Source: Phaeosaccion multiseriatum
Taxonomy: Eukaryota; Protista; Ochrophyta, other classes
Assembly (NCBI GenBank): GCA_965112735.1
Contig: OZ218960.1
Span: forward strand, 1,364,001 to 1,428,000
Direction: 5' to 3'
DNA: 64,000 nucleotides
Positions within the stretch are counted from its first letter, which is position 1, and every line of letters starts with the position of its first letter. A program made the translations under genes and the position numbers. Under the pieces are notes generated by a model. The model had not been told where the DNA came from and searched no databases. It was given only the letters and a program-made list of their open reading frames with translations. This document shows, piece after piece, positions 25,601 to 39,951 of the stretch.

Positions 25601-26122
25601 CGTCCCCTCCTCCTTCGCCGCACAGCAAAACAACAGCGGAATGAAATGAGCACATGGCTGTCAAGCCGGGAAACTTGCAGTGTTTATCCTTTGTCTTCCT
25701 TCCTCCGTCTCTCCCTCCCTTTTCCCCCTCCCTCCCCCTCTGCACCCATCCCATTTCCCCTCCCGTACCTGCTCCTGCGGTCCCCCGGACGCCAAGGTTC
25801 GCACGAAGTGCCGCACCTTGGCGTGAGACTCCGATGCACCGACGACTTGCGTGACCCCTATCACTGTGGGGCCTGAGGGGCTTGCTGGGGGCACGGCTTG
25901 TTGAGCCTCCTGGGAGGTGTCAGGCCGCAGTAGCAGCAGCAGCGGCAAGCAATGCAAGAGGGTTATTCTCATATTCTCTTCTCTCACGTAAGGGAACATC
26001 TGATGCAGCCTCCTCAGTTGGTGCGAGGACACGCAGCTCGACCGTACCTTCCACGTGCTACTGGAACTGCTGATACCTCGTCCTGGTGTTGCTCCTCCTC
26101 CCGATCCTCCTCCCGCCGCCGC

Positions 26123-26164
<42 letters not shown>

Positions 26165-26401
26165 GTCCCTGCTCCCGACCCACGGCCATCGTCGTCGAAA
26201 CAGCGATATGGAGCAATGCCGGTACGGCGAGAGGCCCAGCTTGCTCCCTGCTGCTTGCGCGCAACTCCTTGCTCGTATCATTGATCGAGCAGCCCCGGCT
26301 TTTGCAGTGGCATGATAGGAAGAGGGCACCGATGGTGAGCACAATGAGGCCCTTGTTGCCAGGCCATGCCGCCAGCAGCGGCCACACGCCCTCCCCTGCA
26401 T
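22658..26401 (-). CDS. RUS1: RUS1/RUSF1 family protein (root UV-B sensitive, DUF647), about 7 exons
   Basis: LPVGYPESV..Y.PYARWQ, MSMQALLYAVGLG, AAALNWVIKDGLGQLGGVLF..FDSNPKMWR and ENLADVTAK..AQ are diagnostic DUF647 motifs; N-terminal exons are less certain. Confidence 0.9.
23180..23346. repeat. Long (GAA)n tract (pure run ~23243-23345) in a RUS1 intron, preceded by (GAGGAT)n
   Basis: Directly visible. Confidence 0.9.
25164..25330. repeat. Long (GGA)n tract in a RUS1 intron
   Basis: About 50 units. Confidence 0.9.
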
Positions 26402-26587
26402 GGCAACAGCGTGGCTGGGAGAAGAAAGACGAGGTAAAGAGTTAAGAGTTAATTAAGTGCCATCTATGGTTGTCTAAAAGTAATGGCTCACCATGTAGAG
26501 GGATTCGAATGTGGCAGTCACAACTGGCAGAGTTGCAGTTTAAGCTTCTCGTGCGCATAACGGAAAGCTAGGTGGAGCTCACTTTTA

Positions 26588-29500
26588 ATGACCATGGCTA
26601 CAGGAGAGATGGAAGGAGACGCTGCAGCCGCTAGCCAAGAGAAAAAGGCCGTGAGGGCTGCGAAGAAGTGGAAGCAGAAGTACGAGAGGGAGACGCAGGT
26701 GAGGAGAGACAAGAAAGAAGGGAAAGAACTTCCAGCAAGATCTGCTATCTATGTCCCTCTTGCTCCGCACACTCACTAGAAGGTCTTTACCCCCCCCCCC
26801 CCCTCCTTCTCGTCCCCAATTCACTCTTCTCAAAGACCAATGCCGAGCTCGGCCGACGTGTGAGCACCTGGAAAGCCAACGCCGCCCGAGCCAATGATAT
26901 ACGAACCGATGCCGAGGCGCAGCTCACAGCCCTTGAATCGTCAAGTCGAGATGCCGTCGCCGCCGTCAAGCACGACCTCGACAGGCTTCGCCGTACAGCC
27001 AAGTCAAGCACATCGGAGCTCCAAGCCCAGCTCAAAGAACAGCAGGCCACCGCGAGAGAGCGGGAAGAGAGCCTGAGACAGCAGGTAGCGAAATTGCAGG
27101 CTTCGTACCGCGAGCAAGAGGCATGCCTGAGGCTCCAAACGGCGGACTTCCAAGACGCGTCGAGAGAGAGGGAGGCAATGTTGCGGCAGGAGCTCCAGGA
27201 GATGCAGAGTTTGCATCGGCGCCGAGAGGCGGGGCTGCTGCAACAAGTCGAGCAGTTACAGTGCTCCTATAGAGAGGAGGGCTTCCAGCTGCAGGAGTAT
27301 CAGGTGGGTAAAAGAGAGAGGGAGGGAGGAGGGGGGAGGAGGAGAGAGATGGTAGCGGGGGGGGGGGAGGGGAGAGGGGGGGAGGTGATTGGGAAGGGGG
27401 GAAAGGGAAAGGGGGCTCAGTTCACGCGCACTTCAATTCCACTCTCCCCACTCCCCCCCCACTGTCCATACGGCTTGGGCTTGCCTTGTTCGTGGCTGCA
27501 TATCGTCACACACAGGTTGCCGGCCGTGAGCGAGAGGCAATCCTTCGCCACGCTCTGGAGGACGCCGAGATTAAACATCAAGGCTCGATTTTGGGGCTCG
27601 AGCAGCAGATAGCACAACTGGAGGTGTCATGCAGGGATAAGGACGCCACTATTCAAGAAATGGAGGGAGACCAACGGGAGAGAGAGGACGGACTGCGCAG
27701 GCAAATGAAGCTGAGCCAGGCCCTGGGGACGGAGAGAGAGACGGCCTTACGGCAGCAGGTGGAGGAGCTGCAGCGCCAGTTAGAAGAAGCCTTGGCGACG
27801 ACCACCCGGGGGGGTAGGGTTCGACGAAGAACCAAGGACTGTGGCAAGGGCGGTAGTCGCAGCGGCAGCAGGGAAGGGGTGAAGAAGGCCAATGAGTGGA
27901 CCATGACGGCGGATGAGTGGGGGCGAAGGAGGGCACCGGCGAGTGGGAGTAGCAGTGACGGTGGCTACGGTATGGGTGGACGTGTTGGTGCTCGGGCAGG
28001 TCGTAAGGCGTCGCCAGCCCCGGCCCTGGCGACTGCTGCGGATGAGCTGAATCTTCACTTGAGTCGCTCGCTTGCAGAGAGGACAAACGCTCTAGCAGGG
28101 GAGGCTACTTGCCGCAATGATGAGGATGATGGGGATGATGGTGGTGAAGAGGTGGAGACGATGGTTGAGGAGGAGGAGCAGGAGGACGACGACGAGGAGG
28201 AGAAGGGAGAGGAGGAAGAGGAGGATGAGGAGCAGGAGGAGGAGGAGGAGGAGGAGGAGGAGGAGGAGGAGGACGAGGACGAGGAGTGCAGGGGAGTAAG
28301 AGGAAACAGGGGCAGAGAGCGCTCCGGGGCCATGCATTCTTCAAAGAGAGGGAATGGGAGAGCGTTTACTCGCTTTCGTGACGCATTGAGGCGACTGGAG
28401 AGAGGCTCCGCGGCTGGCGTGGCGGGGGGGGTAGAGGAGGAGGAGGAGGAGGAGGAGGAGGAGGAGGAGGAGGAGGAGGAGGAGGAGGAGGAGGAGGAGG
28501 AGGAGCCTATGGCAAGGCTCTGCCCCCCACGGGTGGACGGGCGCGGCGGATATGGTGGTGGGATGGAAGGCCGTGACAGAGGTAGGGGCAGGGGAAGCGG
28601 TGACTGCGAGTCTGCCTCGGCCTCGGATTCCGACGGAACGTCCGACGGAACATCCGACGGAACATCCGACGGAATGTCCGAATTTCGGGACATGGACAGC
28701 GCCAGAGACCGCGTCTTGTCCTCGAGCAGCGAGGAGGAGGAGCAGCAGCAGGAGGAGGAGGAGGGGCAGGAGGAGGAGGGAGGGGGGGCGTCTCCCGTCG
28801 AGACTGGCCGCCGCGAGAAAGAACGTGGGCATGTCCTCCGTCTTCCTGTGTCGAGTGTGCGCGATACAGGCAATGTCTTGGTCAGCCCGATGGTAGCCGT
28901 GCCGGTTCCTCCTCCTTCTCCTGCCGGAGGGGATGGTGGGAGGCGGGCAAGACGAAGAGACCAAGCCGCAGCCGCTGCTGTAACCGCCACAGAGGAGGGG
29001 TGGCGAGGGAAGAGCGATAGTGAGAACGATAGCGGTAGCGATGGGCCGCCATCGAGGAGCAGGAGCAGCAGCAGCAGCAGCAGCAGAAGGAGGAGGAGGG
29101 GGGGGAGGATGAGGAGGAGAGAAGCAGGCTTTGTGAGAGGGACGGAACACTCGGACTCTGAGTCCTCCGACGGCGGCGAAGATCAGGGACAGGGCCAGAG
29201 GCAGGGAGAGGAGAAGGATGTGATGGTGGAGGAGGATGATGATGATGATAATGATGATGATGATGATGATGAGGTGGAGGAGGAGGAGGAGGTGGAGGAG
29301 GAGGAGGAGGAGGAGAAGGAGGAGAAGGATGAGGAGGAGGAGGAGGAGGAGGAGGAGGAGGAGGAGGAGGAGGAGGAGGAGGACGAAATGGTGGAGGAGG
29401 AGGAGGAGGAGGAGGACGACGAGGAGGAGGGCCCGCGCATCCGAGAGCTTTACAAGTACGAGTTTGGCAGCGGGGGGGACGGGTCAGGCGGGCCGGGCGG

Positions 29501-30261
29501 TTACAACAGTGCCCTCAGCTCCGCCACGAGCGATGTTTCCGAGGCTACAGGGGGAGGAGGAGGAGGAGGAGGAGGAGGAGGAGGAGGAGGAGGAGGAGGA
29601 GGAGGAGGAGGAGGAGGAGGAGGAGGAGGAGGAGGAGGAGGAGGAGGAGGAGGAGGAGGAGGAGGAGGAGGAGGAGGAGGAGGAGAAGGAAGAGGGGGGG
29701 GGGCTAACGGAGAGGTGTTTGCGTCTGCACCGGTAGCGGAGGACTATGTAGAGCATGTTCGGTCACGAAAGAGCGTATCGTCGGAGATTGAGAGGAAGGA
29801 GAAGAAGGGAAAGGAAAGGCAGCAGGAGGAGGAGGACGAGGACGAGGACGACCCCGCAGCAGGGCATGAGGCGGGAAAGGTGGGAGGTAGAGAGGAGACA
29901 GCCACAGAGGGTGGTGGTGGTGCTGCTGCTGCTGCTCCTAGTACAGCTGCTCGTGCTACCGCTGCTCGTGTTGGTCCTAGAGCAGGACAGAATGGCTCCG
30001 CTGCGGCAGTGGTGGAAGTGGCGGTGGCTGCTGACAATAGCAAGCAAGTACCTGCTCCACCGGCGGGCAGCGCCCCGGGGGGGCAAGGAGGGAGCCTTTT
30101 CGAGAGTTTTTTGGTGGTGGGTATTCCTGATGAGTGGGACCTTGATAGCCTTCTTCGAAGGGAGCGGGCAAGGGCGGAAGGGAGAAGAAGGGAGGAGGAC
30201 GAGGAGGGGCCGGGCGGAGGGAAGGGGAAGGGCAGGTTTGGGAAGAGAAGGAGGAGGAGAA

Positions 30262-30297
<36 letters not shown>

Positions 30298-33200
30298 CGA
30301 TTGAGGCAACTCTCTCGCCCTCTTCCTGTTCTTCAGCGGTATGGTCCGGGTCAGGGGGAGAAGACACGGTTGAGATGGTTGAGACCACCAAGTCGCCCTC
30401 GCCTTCGAGCAGAATCAGTGGGCTACTGAGCTCACCGAGAGAGGTCGCAGGAAAGCTTGCAAAGAAGGTCAAGGCGAACTCTCCTTCTTTCTTCGGTTCC
30501 AGTACCGGCAGAAGCAGGAGGCGGAGCAGCGATGCAAGTGGAGGTGGTGCGGGTGGTGATACGAAGATGAAGGAGAACCGCGCTGCCGGTAGTCGCGGAG
30601 GTGGTGGGGAGGAGGAGGGAAGTGGCGCCAACAACACCAATGCTCACACTGCTCACAGTGCCAGTGCTAGTGGAGGAGGGGGGGAGGGTGCAACGCCAAT
30701 CGACCCCACGGAGGCGATCTTGCACCACTCCTACTACGCAGACAGAGTCACAGATGGCAGTCGTGTAGTCCCAAATGGCAGCAGCAGCAGCAGCAGCAGT
30801 GGAGGGAGGATTCGACTTGCCCCACAAGTCCTCTGGCGCTACCCAGAGAAGGGACCCCTCCCCTGCTCAAACGTGGCTGACTACTGCTTCCCCCGGGGTG
30901 TGCAGCTGCTCCCCATGAACTTCAATGCCTCCATGAGTGGACTCAATGAGGTGCTGTATGGATCGCGCACCTCGCAGCGGAACGACACCTCCTTCGTCTT
31001 TCTGTTTCAAGGGGACCTGGGCTACAGCGGAAGAGGAGAAGACGCAGGAGGAGGAGCAGGAGGGGGAGGGGGAGGGGGAGGGGGAGGGGAAGAGGAGGAG
31101 CCAAATGAGAGCCCCAGAATGTATGGCGTGTGCGTCATCTTTCCTCGGTTGCACATTGCCGACGCTGTTGCCGCTGCCGCTCGACTTGGAAACCCTCCTT
31201 CTCCTGCTGCCCCCAAGGGCGGAGGAGGAGGCGGAAGAGGAGGAGGAAGAGAAGGGGCGACACGTGACAGCCGGCGAGATGACGACGCCGTTGAGATGGA
31301 GAGTATCGACCTCGATGTGGACGATGACGGCGGTGAGCAGCGCCCCTACGGAGGCGATCAGGGTCAAAGCGAGGAGGAGGGGGGAGGAGAGGGCGAGCAT
31401 GAACAAGAGGGCGCCGGAGTTGGGCAAGAGCAGGAGGAGGAGGAGGAGGAGGAGGAGGAGGAGGAGGAGGAGGAGGAGGGCGTGATGGCGGATGAGCCAG
31501 AGCGCAGCACGGATCCTTTGGAGCACCAGGTGCAATGCTGCTACTGCCTCCTCAGTAGGCACCCTTTCTTTCAACTGCACTTCCGGGTAAGATGGGTCGA
31601 GTCGGGATCCGGGGGGGCTGTATGGATGGCAGCAGATGGATGGATGGATCGAACAGCGATGCCCCCCTCCCTCTCCCGGCCCTTACACCTCTAGATAGCC
31701 TTATCTTTCTTGCCTCTTCTTCCCTTGCCTTGCCTTCCCTTTCCTTTCCTGCCTCCTAACCCAACCCAACCCATCCTAACTCAACCCAACCCAACCATTA
31801 ATCCTCCACCCCGAAAAAGGTCATTTGGGACGCTCTCGCCGCGGAGCGACTCATGCGTACTCGCGTCATCGCTCGCGCCGTCAACAAGGCATCTGCCTCC
31901 GCCTCTGCCTCCTCCTCCTCCTCCTCCTCCTCTTCTTCTTCTTCTTCAGACCAAGGTCAACACAGGGGGGGTGGGGACGTGCTGAGCCCAGAGGCCATCT
32001 GCAGCGTCTATGTCTCCATCGCACGCAAACAGAGAAAGCTCCTTCGGCATGTTGCCAAGCGGCTCCTTGCCGTGCCGGTGCCTTACCCGGGGGGGGAAGT
32101 GGCATTTGCCGTGCATCCAGACCTGCCGCCAGTGGAGTACACGAGACCCCACAAATTCTCGTCGATTGGGCATCGGACGCCCAAGTATGTGGTGCTACAT
32201 CATCAGCTCATCGACGGTGTCAGCGACTGGGTACTGCCGGTGCTGCTGGCCTGGCTACCCCCTCGTACCCTCATGTTTGTCGTCGGAGCTCTCATGCGTG
32301 AGTCTCAGGTGATTGTGGTGTCGTCAAGACTTGGTCTGGTGTCAGCAACGGTGCTCGGGTTGGTGTCTCTCCTCCGGCCCTTGTTGTGGATGGGTCCCGT
32401 GATACCCATTCTTCCCCTGGAGATGATGGACATGCTGGACGCGCCTTTGCCGTACGTGATTGGGGTGCCCACACCCCCCAATAAGGCCCACTTTCCCCTC
32501 CTCGACCCCAAGACCTTCCCCAGTGGGCAGCTCGTGCTGGATATGGACGAGAGAAAGGTCATCTTAGCGGAAGCGGATCGCGTGGCCGATGAGCAATACC
32601 ACCTCTATCACGACCCCAATGAAGGCAACATCGCCAGTACCCAAGCAGACGCACTTCATCACCCTCCTCTCGCTCGGACCAGCACCAACAAGAGCAGGAG
32701 CAGCAGCGGCAGTGGTAGAATCAGTAGCAGCAGCAACAGCAGCAGTAGTGGCAGCAGCGTACGGAGGCCTCGGCGGCTTAGTCATCCTGAGGTGCCCCGC
32801 AGTGAGGCTCTGTTGAGTCGTCTGGAGCCCCTGGCGAGAGGCTTGACTGAGCATCAGCACCAGTTCAGCACCGCGGACAATGTGCCACTCTACGCGCCCA
32901 CACACAAGCAAAAGCTCACAGCGGCGGCGTATGCGGATGTTGTGAGTGAGTACATTCGCGGAGTCTGCGATGCGACCTCGGAGCGGGAGCGACAAGCCGC
33001 GATGGCAGCAGATGCAGGAGCACCAGCCGTTGGTAGTACAGCAGCAGGTGCAGGCTACGGCAAGAGCAGTGGTAGCAGCAACAGCAGCGGCGGCGGCGGC
33101 GGCGGCGGCGGCAGCGGCACTGGCATCTTCCGGGGCAACGCGGATGGAGTAAGAGCAGGAGAACTCATGCCTAGGCCCATCGGTAGTGACGGAGGAGGTG

Positions 33201-33352
33201 TTGCGCCGTCCTTTGGTGGCGAGGGGGCCCTCCTGGCGGGGCACGGGCGAGGTGTGCTGTCGGCATGGTCAGGGGACTCTTGTAGCTTCTTGGAGGACTT
33301 TGCTCGTACCCAGGCCTTTGACACGCACCAGCATCTGGCGGGAAGGGGCTGA
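26588..33352 (+). CDS. Large DENN-domain protein (putative Rab GEF) with N-terminal coiled coil and long acidic/Gly-rich disordered region; exons approx. 26588-26698, 26836-27303, 27517-31586, 31820-33352
   Basis: uDENN LFESFLVVG..PQVLWRYP..DYCFPRG, SFVFLF..MYGVCV, CYCLLSRHPFF; core DENN ALMRESQVIVVS..L..VLGLVSLLRPLLW..IPILP..MLDAPLPYVIG; dDENN-like FLEDFARTQAF. Confidence 0.9.
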
Positions 33353-34250
33353 AGTCAGTTCAAGTTTTCAGTTTGCAGGGATCGATATATAATGTCGAAG
33401 CTTCTGTAGTCCATGAGGCGACAAGGGGCTGAAGTCAATGATGCGACAAGCGACAAGGGGTGGGATGTGGTTTAGGAGCGTTTGACAGGGGCGCTGAGGG
33501 GCGTGGATGGTGTGTTAGATGTGTATTCGTCCCCAAGAGGGGGAGGGGAAGGGAGTGAGGAAGGGTGGAGCGAGGGGACGTGAGAGGAGAAACCGCACTG
33601 ATAGGGGATAGTGCGGCGGGTGGTGACAGCTACCGATGGGGGGGAAGAAGCAAGAGCTCTTGGCAACTTGTGAATCAATGAAGCAAATCAGACAGACCAG
33701 AGTGAGAGAGGGCGCGCAATTTCAATACTTTAACTCCCAAGAGTGAGCGAGCGAGCAGGAAGACTGTGCCTTTCGGTCGGTCTGCAGTTGTGAGGGTATA
33801 TGCCAACCTTGCGACGTGAGCAGCAGCGGCAGAAGCAAAGCAAGAGGCCCAGAACTGCTGAAACGATCCCATGTACTTGTGCCATGCGCTTTTGCTACCC
33901 GCTGCTCGCTTGCTGTTCATACGCTCTCTCCCTTCTTCTGCCCTCCCTCTCTCTATTGATAACATTCAATCAAGCAAAGGCCGGGACGGTTTCTCACGAC
34001 TCTGCGGATCGGGCGCCGACTCATGGTCGCTTGCCCAGTCTTTCGACAGAGCATGGCCCCGCTCCTGATGCGCCACCGGTCAGAGCGCCGCTTTCGCCGC
34101 TGCTCCTGTTGGTTGCTTCTGCTGGTGCGCCTGCTGCTTCTCCCCTCTTCGCTGTCCACCACATCTAAACGAGGCACTCATGCCATTCACGCTACTCACG
34201 CCGGCCCAACAGCCGCGACAGGCAACACGTCGCACACGAGTTCGAGGGGT

Positions 34251-36840
34251 TTACAATTTCGCCTTGCTGCTCATCCCTCCACTCGCGCTGTTGCTGGCGC
34301 TGCTGTTTTCCTTCTTCCAAAAGGCAGGCAGCAGGTCTGCGAGCCACCCCTCCTGCACAGAGGCGAGTCCTCTCATGTAGCTCTTTCTCGTCACCAGGAG
34401 CTGCGTGTACACCACGCACTGGGGCGGCCGCTGCCGTTGGCTGAGCACAGAGGAGGGGTGGATGGTGACCTCTCTGCACATCACCGCACCGCACCAGGTG
34501 GTGGTGTTGGTGATACAGGGGACAAGTGTAGAGGGTCACAGGTCACGACGGCAAGCATCACATTTTGGTGAGACCGCACGCAGGAGAGCGAAACGCACAA
34601 AAGGCTCAACACGCACCCACGGAACTACCCACGGAACTACCCACGGAACCACCCACGCACCCAAGTACCCATGCACGCATCCACCCACGCACCACTCACG
34701 CACCCACCCACGCACCTTCCCCCGAACTGTGTCTTGTAGCAGGCTCGCTTCCCCTCCTCGATGACAGCGGGCTGTCGAATGGCCACGTTCATGAAGAGTC
34801 CTGACACCAGGCACTTGAGGAACAGGGACGCCTCCGCACCGCAGGACACTGTTGGTGGGAGAGGAGGATGGGGGGGAGGGAGGATGGGGGGGAGGGAGGA
34901 TGGGGGGGAGGGAGGATGGGGGGGAGGGAGGATGGGGGGGAGGGTCAGCACATGAGAGGGATACGTACACACATGAGGATATAAGAAGAAACGACTTCCC
35001 TCGGCTTTGGGGAAGGGGGGGTGGCATGCGACACAGTTATGAACGCAGACACACACACATACGTCGAGAGAGAGACGAGAGAAAGAGAGAGAGAGACACC
35101 AAGACTGACGAGAGAGAAAGACGAGAAATGAGAGACGATACTAAGCGAGGCCGTCACCATTGACTCTCATTCACTCACTCACTCACTCACTCACTCACTC
35201 ACTCACTCATTCACTCCTTCCCTTCCTCACCGATTAAACCACTCACTCACTCATTCACTCATTCACTCACTCACTCACTCACTCACTCCTTCCCTTCCTC
35301 ACCGCTAACCACTCACTCACTCATTCACTCCCTCCCTTCCTCACCGCTAACCACTCACTCACTCATTCACTCCCTCCCTTCCTCACTCACTCACTCCCTC
35401 CCTTCCTCACCGCTAACCACTCACTCACTCATTCACTCCCTCCCTTCCTTCCTCACTCACTCATTCACTCACTCCCTCCCTCCCTTCCTTCCTCACTCAC
35501 CCAGGGGGTCCCTCTGCATGCGATCTCTGAGTATGGACGTCAGCTGCTCTCGGACTTCCAAAGCTTTACGCAGGGACCGAAGATTCAAGTACTTTTGACG
35601 GCACCACGCACCCGCCTCCTTCGGCTTCACCTTCTCGAAGCTCCCGAGAATCTGGAGAGAGAGAGAGAGAGAGGGGGGAGGAAGGGGCCCCCCATACCCG
35701 AGTTTGCGTGTACACGTGCATGGATGGACAGGGAAGGGGTAGGGTACGGTGTGTTTGTTGCCCACAATATACGTTCCGCATTCTGTAACGGATGGGCTCT
35801 CCCTCTCTGCCCCTCTCTCTCTTGTCCCTTCCTCCCTCTCTTTCTCCCTCTCCTCTCCCCTCCTACCGTTCCTCTCTCTCTTCACCCCCCCCCACACACA
35901 CATACACTCTTTCTCCCCCTCCCCTCCAAATCCACAACCCCCACACCCACCCACCCAGCTGCCCACCCACACGCCCATGCACACACACACAGGCGGCTTG
36001 CTGTCTCACTCTGGCTTGAAGTGACTCACATTGACAAGCATAGGAAGGTCCCCCTCGTAAGCATCGAAGAGCTTGTGTGCCTTGGTTGCGGCCTTGCGGT
36101 CCTCTGCCTTAGAGGGGAAGTACAGAACATTTTCTGCACACAGACAGGACACCGCCAACAGCATCTCTCTGCAGCACAGGAAGGGCTGTGAGAAGGGCAG
36201 GGAGGGAGGGGGGGAGGGAGGGAGGGAGGGAGGGGGGGAGGGAGGGAGGGAGGGAGGGAGGGAGAGAGGGAGGGAGGGAGGGAGGGAGGGTAGGAGGGAG
36301 GGAGGGAGAGAGGGAGGGAGGGAGGGAGGGAGGGAGGGAGGGAGGGAAGAAGGGAGAGTCAGAGCCCTCGAACTTCAACAACAAAGTCGCTTCACGCACA
36401 ATCCAATCCATCGAGATCGTCTTCACAGCACTCAAACCAGCAGTCAGAGCGACGCTTACAGTTAGAGCGACACTTGAAGCAGCACTGGCTCGGTGGGCAG
36501 AGCGTGATACACGCGCCCGGTTGTTTGTCCGCCCTCACTCAGTGTACCCCTTCACTCAGTCTACCCCTTCACTCGGAGAACCACCCTCATTCAGCGTTCC
36601 TCACTCGCCTTCTCCGTCGACTTGAGCAGCAGGTGTGCGAAGGTGGGATCGAGAGGGAGCATGGCCATCTCCCTCCCCGCCGGGGTCAAGCTCCCCTCCT
36701 TATCCAGGGCCTGTGAGTGAGTGAGTGAGTGAGTGAGTGTGAGAGAGTGAAGTGTGTGGGAGAGTGAACAAGAACGGGGAATACATGAGGCACATACATG
36801 CACACACACACACACACACAAACACACACAACACACACAG

Positions 36841-36876
<36 letters not shown>

Positions 36877-39241
36877 CACACACACACACACACACACAAC
36901 ACACACACACACACACAACACACACACATACACACACACACATACACACACACACACACACACACGTACCCCAAGCAGCGTGAGCGTCTGCACTGCCCGC
37001 AGGAGGGCATCAGGGGGAGGGGGCGACACGAACTCGAAGTGCTCCGGATCCTTCACGCCAGCCACCTTCAGCTGAAGCACCACCTGGAGGGGGACCGTGA
37101 GGGGGACCGTGAGAAGATGAGAGGCCAGAGTAGCGGGAGTCTCCGGTTCAGCTCCAGATTCAGTTCCAGTTTCAGGTTCAGAGGTTCAGGCCACACACGT
37201 GGGGGTGCTCTTTTTTGAGTACGTGTGCTTCATTCCCCACCCGAGGGGGGACGCCATGTCTACAGGCGCTTGACTGGAGTAAGGGGTGGGACTAGACTGG
37301 GCGGGGCGGGTGTTTGTATGCACCGACCTGGGTGAGATTTACCCTCTGAATCTCCGGAGTGGCGGAGACTTGTAAGTCAAGGAAAGATTCCTCCTTGAAC
37401 AAGCGGTAGCAAGTTCCCTTGGCCTCTCGCCCTGCCAGGTGAGGGAGAGAAGGGGGGGAAGAGGAAGAGAAGGAAGAAGGCAGTCAGCACGAATGGCATC
37501 GAGAGTGAGTACGGTAGGTAGTCGCAAGCCGCTGCCGGAAGAAGCGCGCAACTAGGAGGACAGAGGAGAAACTGACGAGAGCCTTCTTTTCATATAACAT
37601 GGCGTGGAGGGAGAATGCCCCTGCCCTCCTCCCTGCCTGTCCCTCTCCTCCTCCTCTTCCTCCTCTCCCTCTCTCCCTCTGCCTCTTGTCTCTGTTCCTG
37701 CCTCTGACATGCAGTGCGCACGACAAGTGCCCTCCTTGCCCCTGCCTCACCTGCCCTCCCTGCCCGTTGAGTGGCCTGAGCCCGGGACACTGGCATCACC
37801 TTCACTCAAGCCCCGCGAATGTGCCGGACAGGACATAGGACAGGAGGTGGACAGAAGGTGGACAGATGGTGGACAGATGGTGGTCAGAAGGGTTTGTAGA
37901 CGGAAGGAGGAGGGGAGGGGGCGGCACGCAAACAAACGAAAGAAGAAGAAAGAGACCAACAGGACAAATGAGCAGCAAGAAAGCAAAAGACAAACAAGGA
38001 GTGCAGAAGGAGTCGAGGGACGATGCGATGTGGTGCGAGGGTAAACAAGATGGCAGCTGATGGGGAGGGGGAGGAAGGGGGAGGGGTGGCTCGCCAGGCA
38101 TTGGGCTCGGAGGGGAATCCGAGGCGTGGGGCGGAAAGAGGGGAAGGCAGGCAGCAGTTGGTAATACAGCAGCAGCCGTTGGTGATAAAGCAGTAGCAAT
38201 TGATGATGCAGCAGCAACAGCAGCAGCAGCAGCAGCAGCAGTAGCGGCCTCCTCTCCATTCCTTCCTTCGCTTGGCATGGTTGCTCCCTCTCAAACACCT
38301 TCACCCAGCAAGCCTCTCTTCCTCTACGCCGCCCCTCTGACCAACAAAAAAGCTGAAACTGAAACTCACCTCCAGCGACTCCATCCGCGTGCTTGCGTGA
38401 TACACTCGGGCCTTGACAAAGCCGCTATCCACCACAAAGCGCACGCCGTTGATGGTGATGGAGGTTTCCGCAATATTAGTGGCCAGAATAATCTTTCGCG
38501 TGCCCCGGGGGGCAGGGGCGAAGGCGAGCAGCTGCTGATCCGCAGGGAGGGCGGCATAGATGGGCACTAGCAAGGCCTCTGAAGAGGGAGGATGAGAGCC
38601 CACTCCTTGTCCGCCTTGTCCTCCTTGCTTTAGCACGAGCGGGTCGTCAAAAATCCTCTCCCTGGTGGTCGTGGTAGTGGTAGTGGTGTGTGTGTGGGTG
38701 CGTGTGCGTGCGTGTGTGTGTATGTACGGGGAACGGGGGGGGGGGGGGGGGTATGAGAGGGGAAAGGGAAATCAAGCTTGAATTATATTTTCGTTATTTC
38801 ATGCTCGAAACATGCGACACTGACCAAGAGAGAAGGAAAGTGGAGAGCACAGTATCAAACCAAAGGCATACGTAAGTGTAACTAACCCCCCATAAGCCCA
38901 CATAAGCCCACACCGACCTGGACAGAGCGGAGACAGTACAGAGTACCAAATGAATTACACTCGCGTATCCTCAAACCCCAATTAAACACACCCCAAGTGC
39001 ACCCACCTGAGCAGAGCAGCCCTGGCGAGTTTTGCCTTTCTGAGGAGCTCCTCCAGCAGCAGAGTGACGTCATTGATCTCCTCCTGCCCGGGGAGGAACA
39101 CCAGGATGTCCCCGGGGGGCTCCTCTTCGTGGATCTGCATGCAGACTGTGGCCGCCGCATCTACGAACTGAGACGCACGCACGCAACACACACGCACACA
39201 TATGTACACACACCACCACCATCACCACCACCACCACCACC

Positions 39242-39273
<32 letters not shown>

Positions 39274-39283
39274 CAACAACAGC

Positions 39284-39339
<56 letters not shown>

Positions 39340-39920
39340 CCACGACGTCAGGGAGAGAGAGGGGTGGAGAGAAAGGAAGGGAGAGAGGGGGGGGGGGCTC
39401 AAATACACGGGGAGGTGGAGGTCCTACGTATCCATACGTATGCCACACGTACGCCATACGCATCAATACGTACGTCATCTTGCGTCTCCTCCGTGTACAT
39501 GACGTCAACGGGGAACGTCCTCCCGGGCACTGTGACGGTGCGAGGGTCGGCAAAGAAGCCTGAGAAGAGGGCGGTGTCGAGCGTGGCGGACATGACCACG
39601 ACGCGCAGGTCGGGCCTCTGGGGCTGAAGGCGTTTGATCAGGCCAAAGAGGATGTCCTGCTTGCGGTGGAGAGAAGAGGGGTGGGAATTTGGGGGGGGGG
39701 TGGAATTGGGGGTAGGAGTAGTTAGTTACGAAAGAGAGTCACAGGGAGAAGATGCGAGAGAGAAAGGGGACAACAAGTACCACGATAAAAAAGACAGACA
39801 GTCACTGAGGGAGGGGGGGAGGGAGGGAGGGAGGAAGGGAGAGAGGGAGGAAATGCAGCTGTGAATGGAACTGTGACGGAAATGATATCATAAATACACA
39901 CACACTCTCTCTCTCTCTCT

Positions 39921-39951
<31 letters not shown>

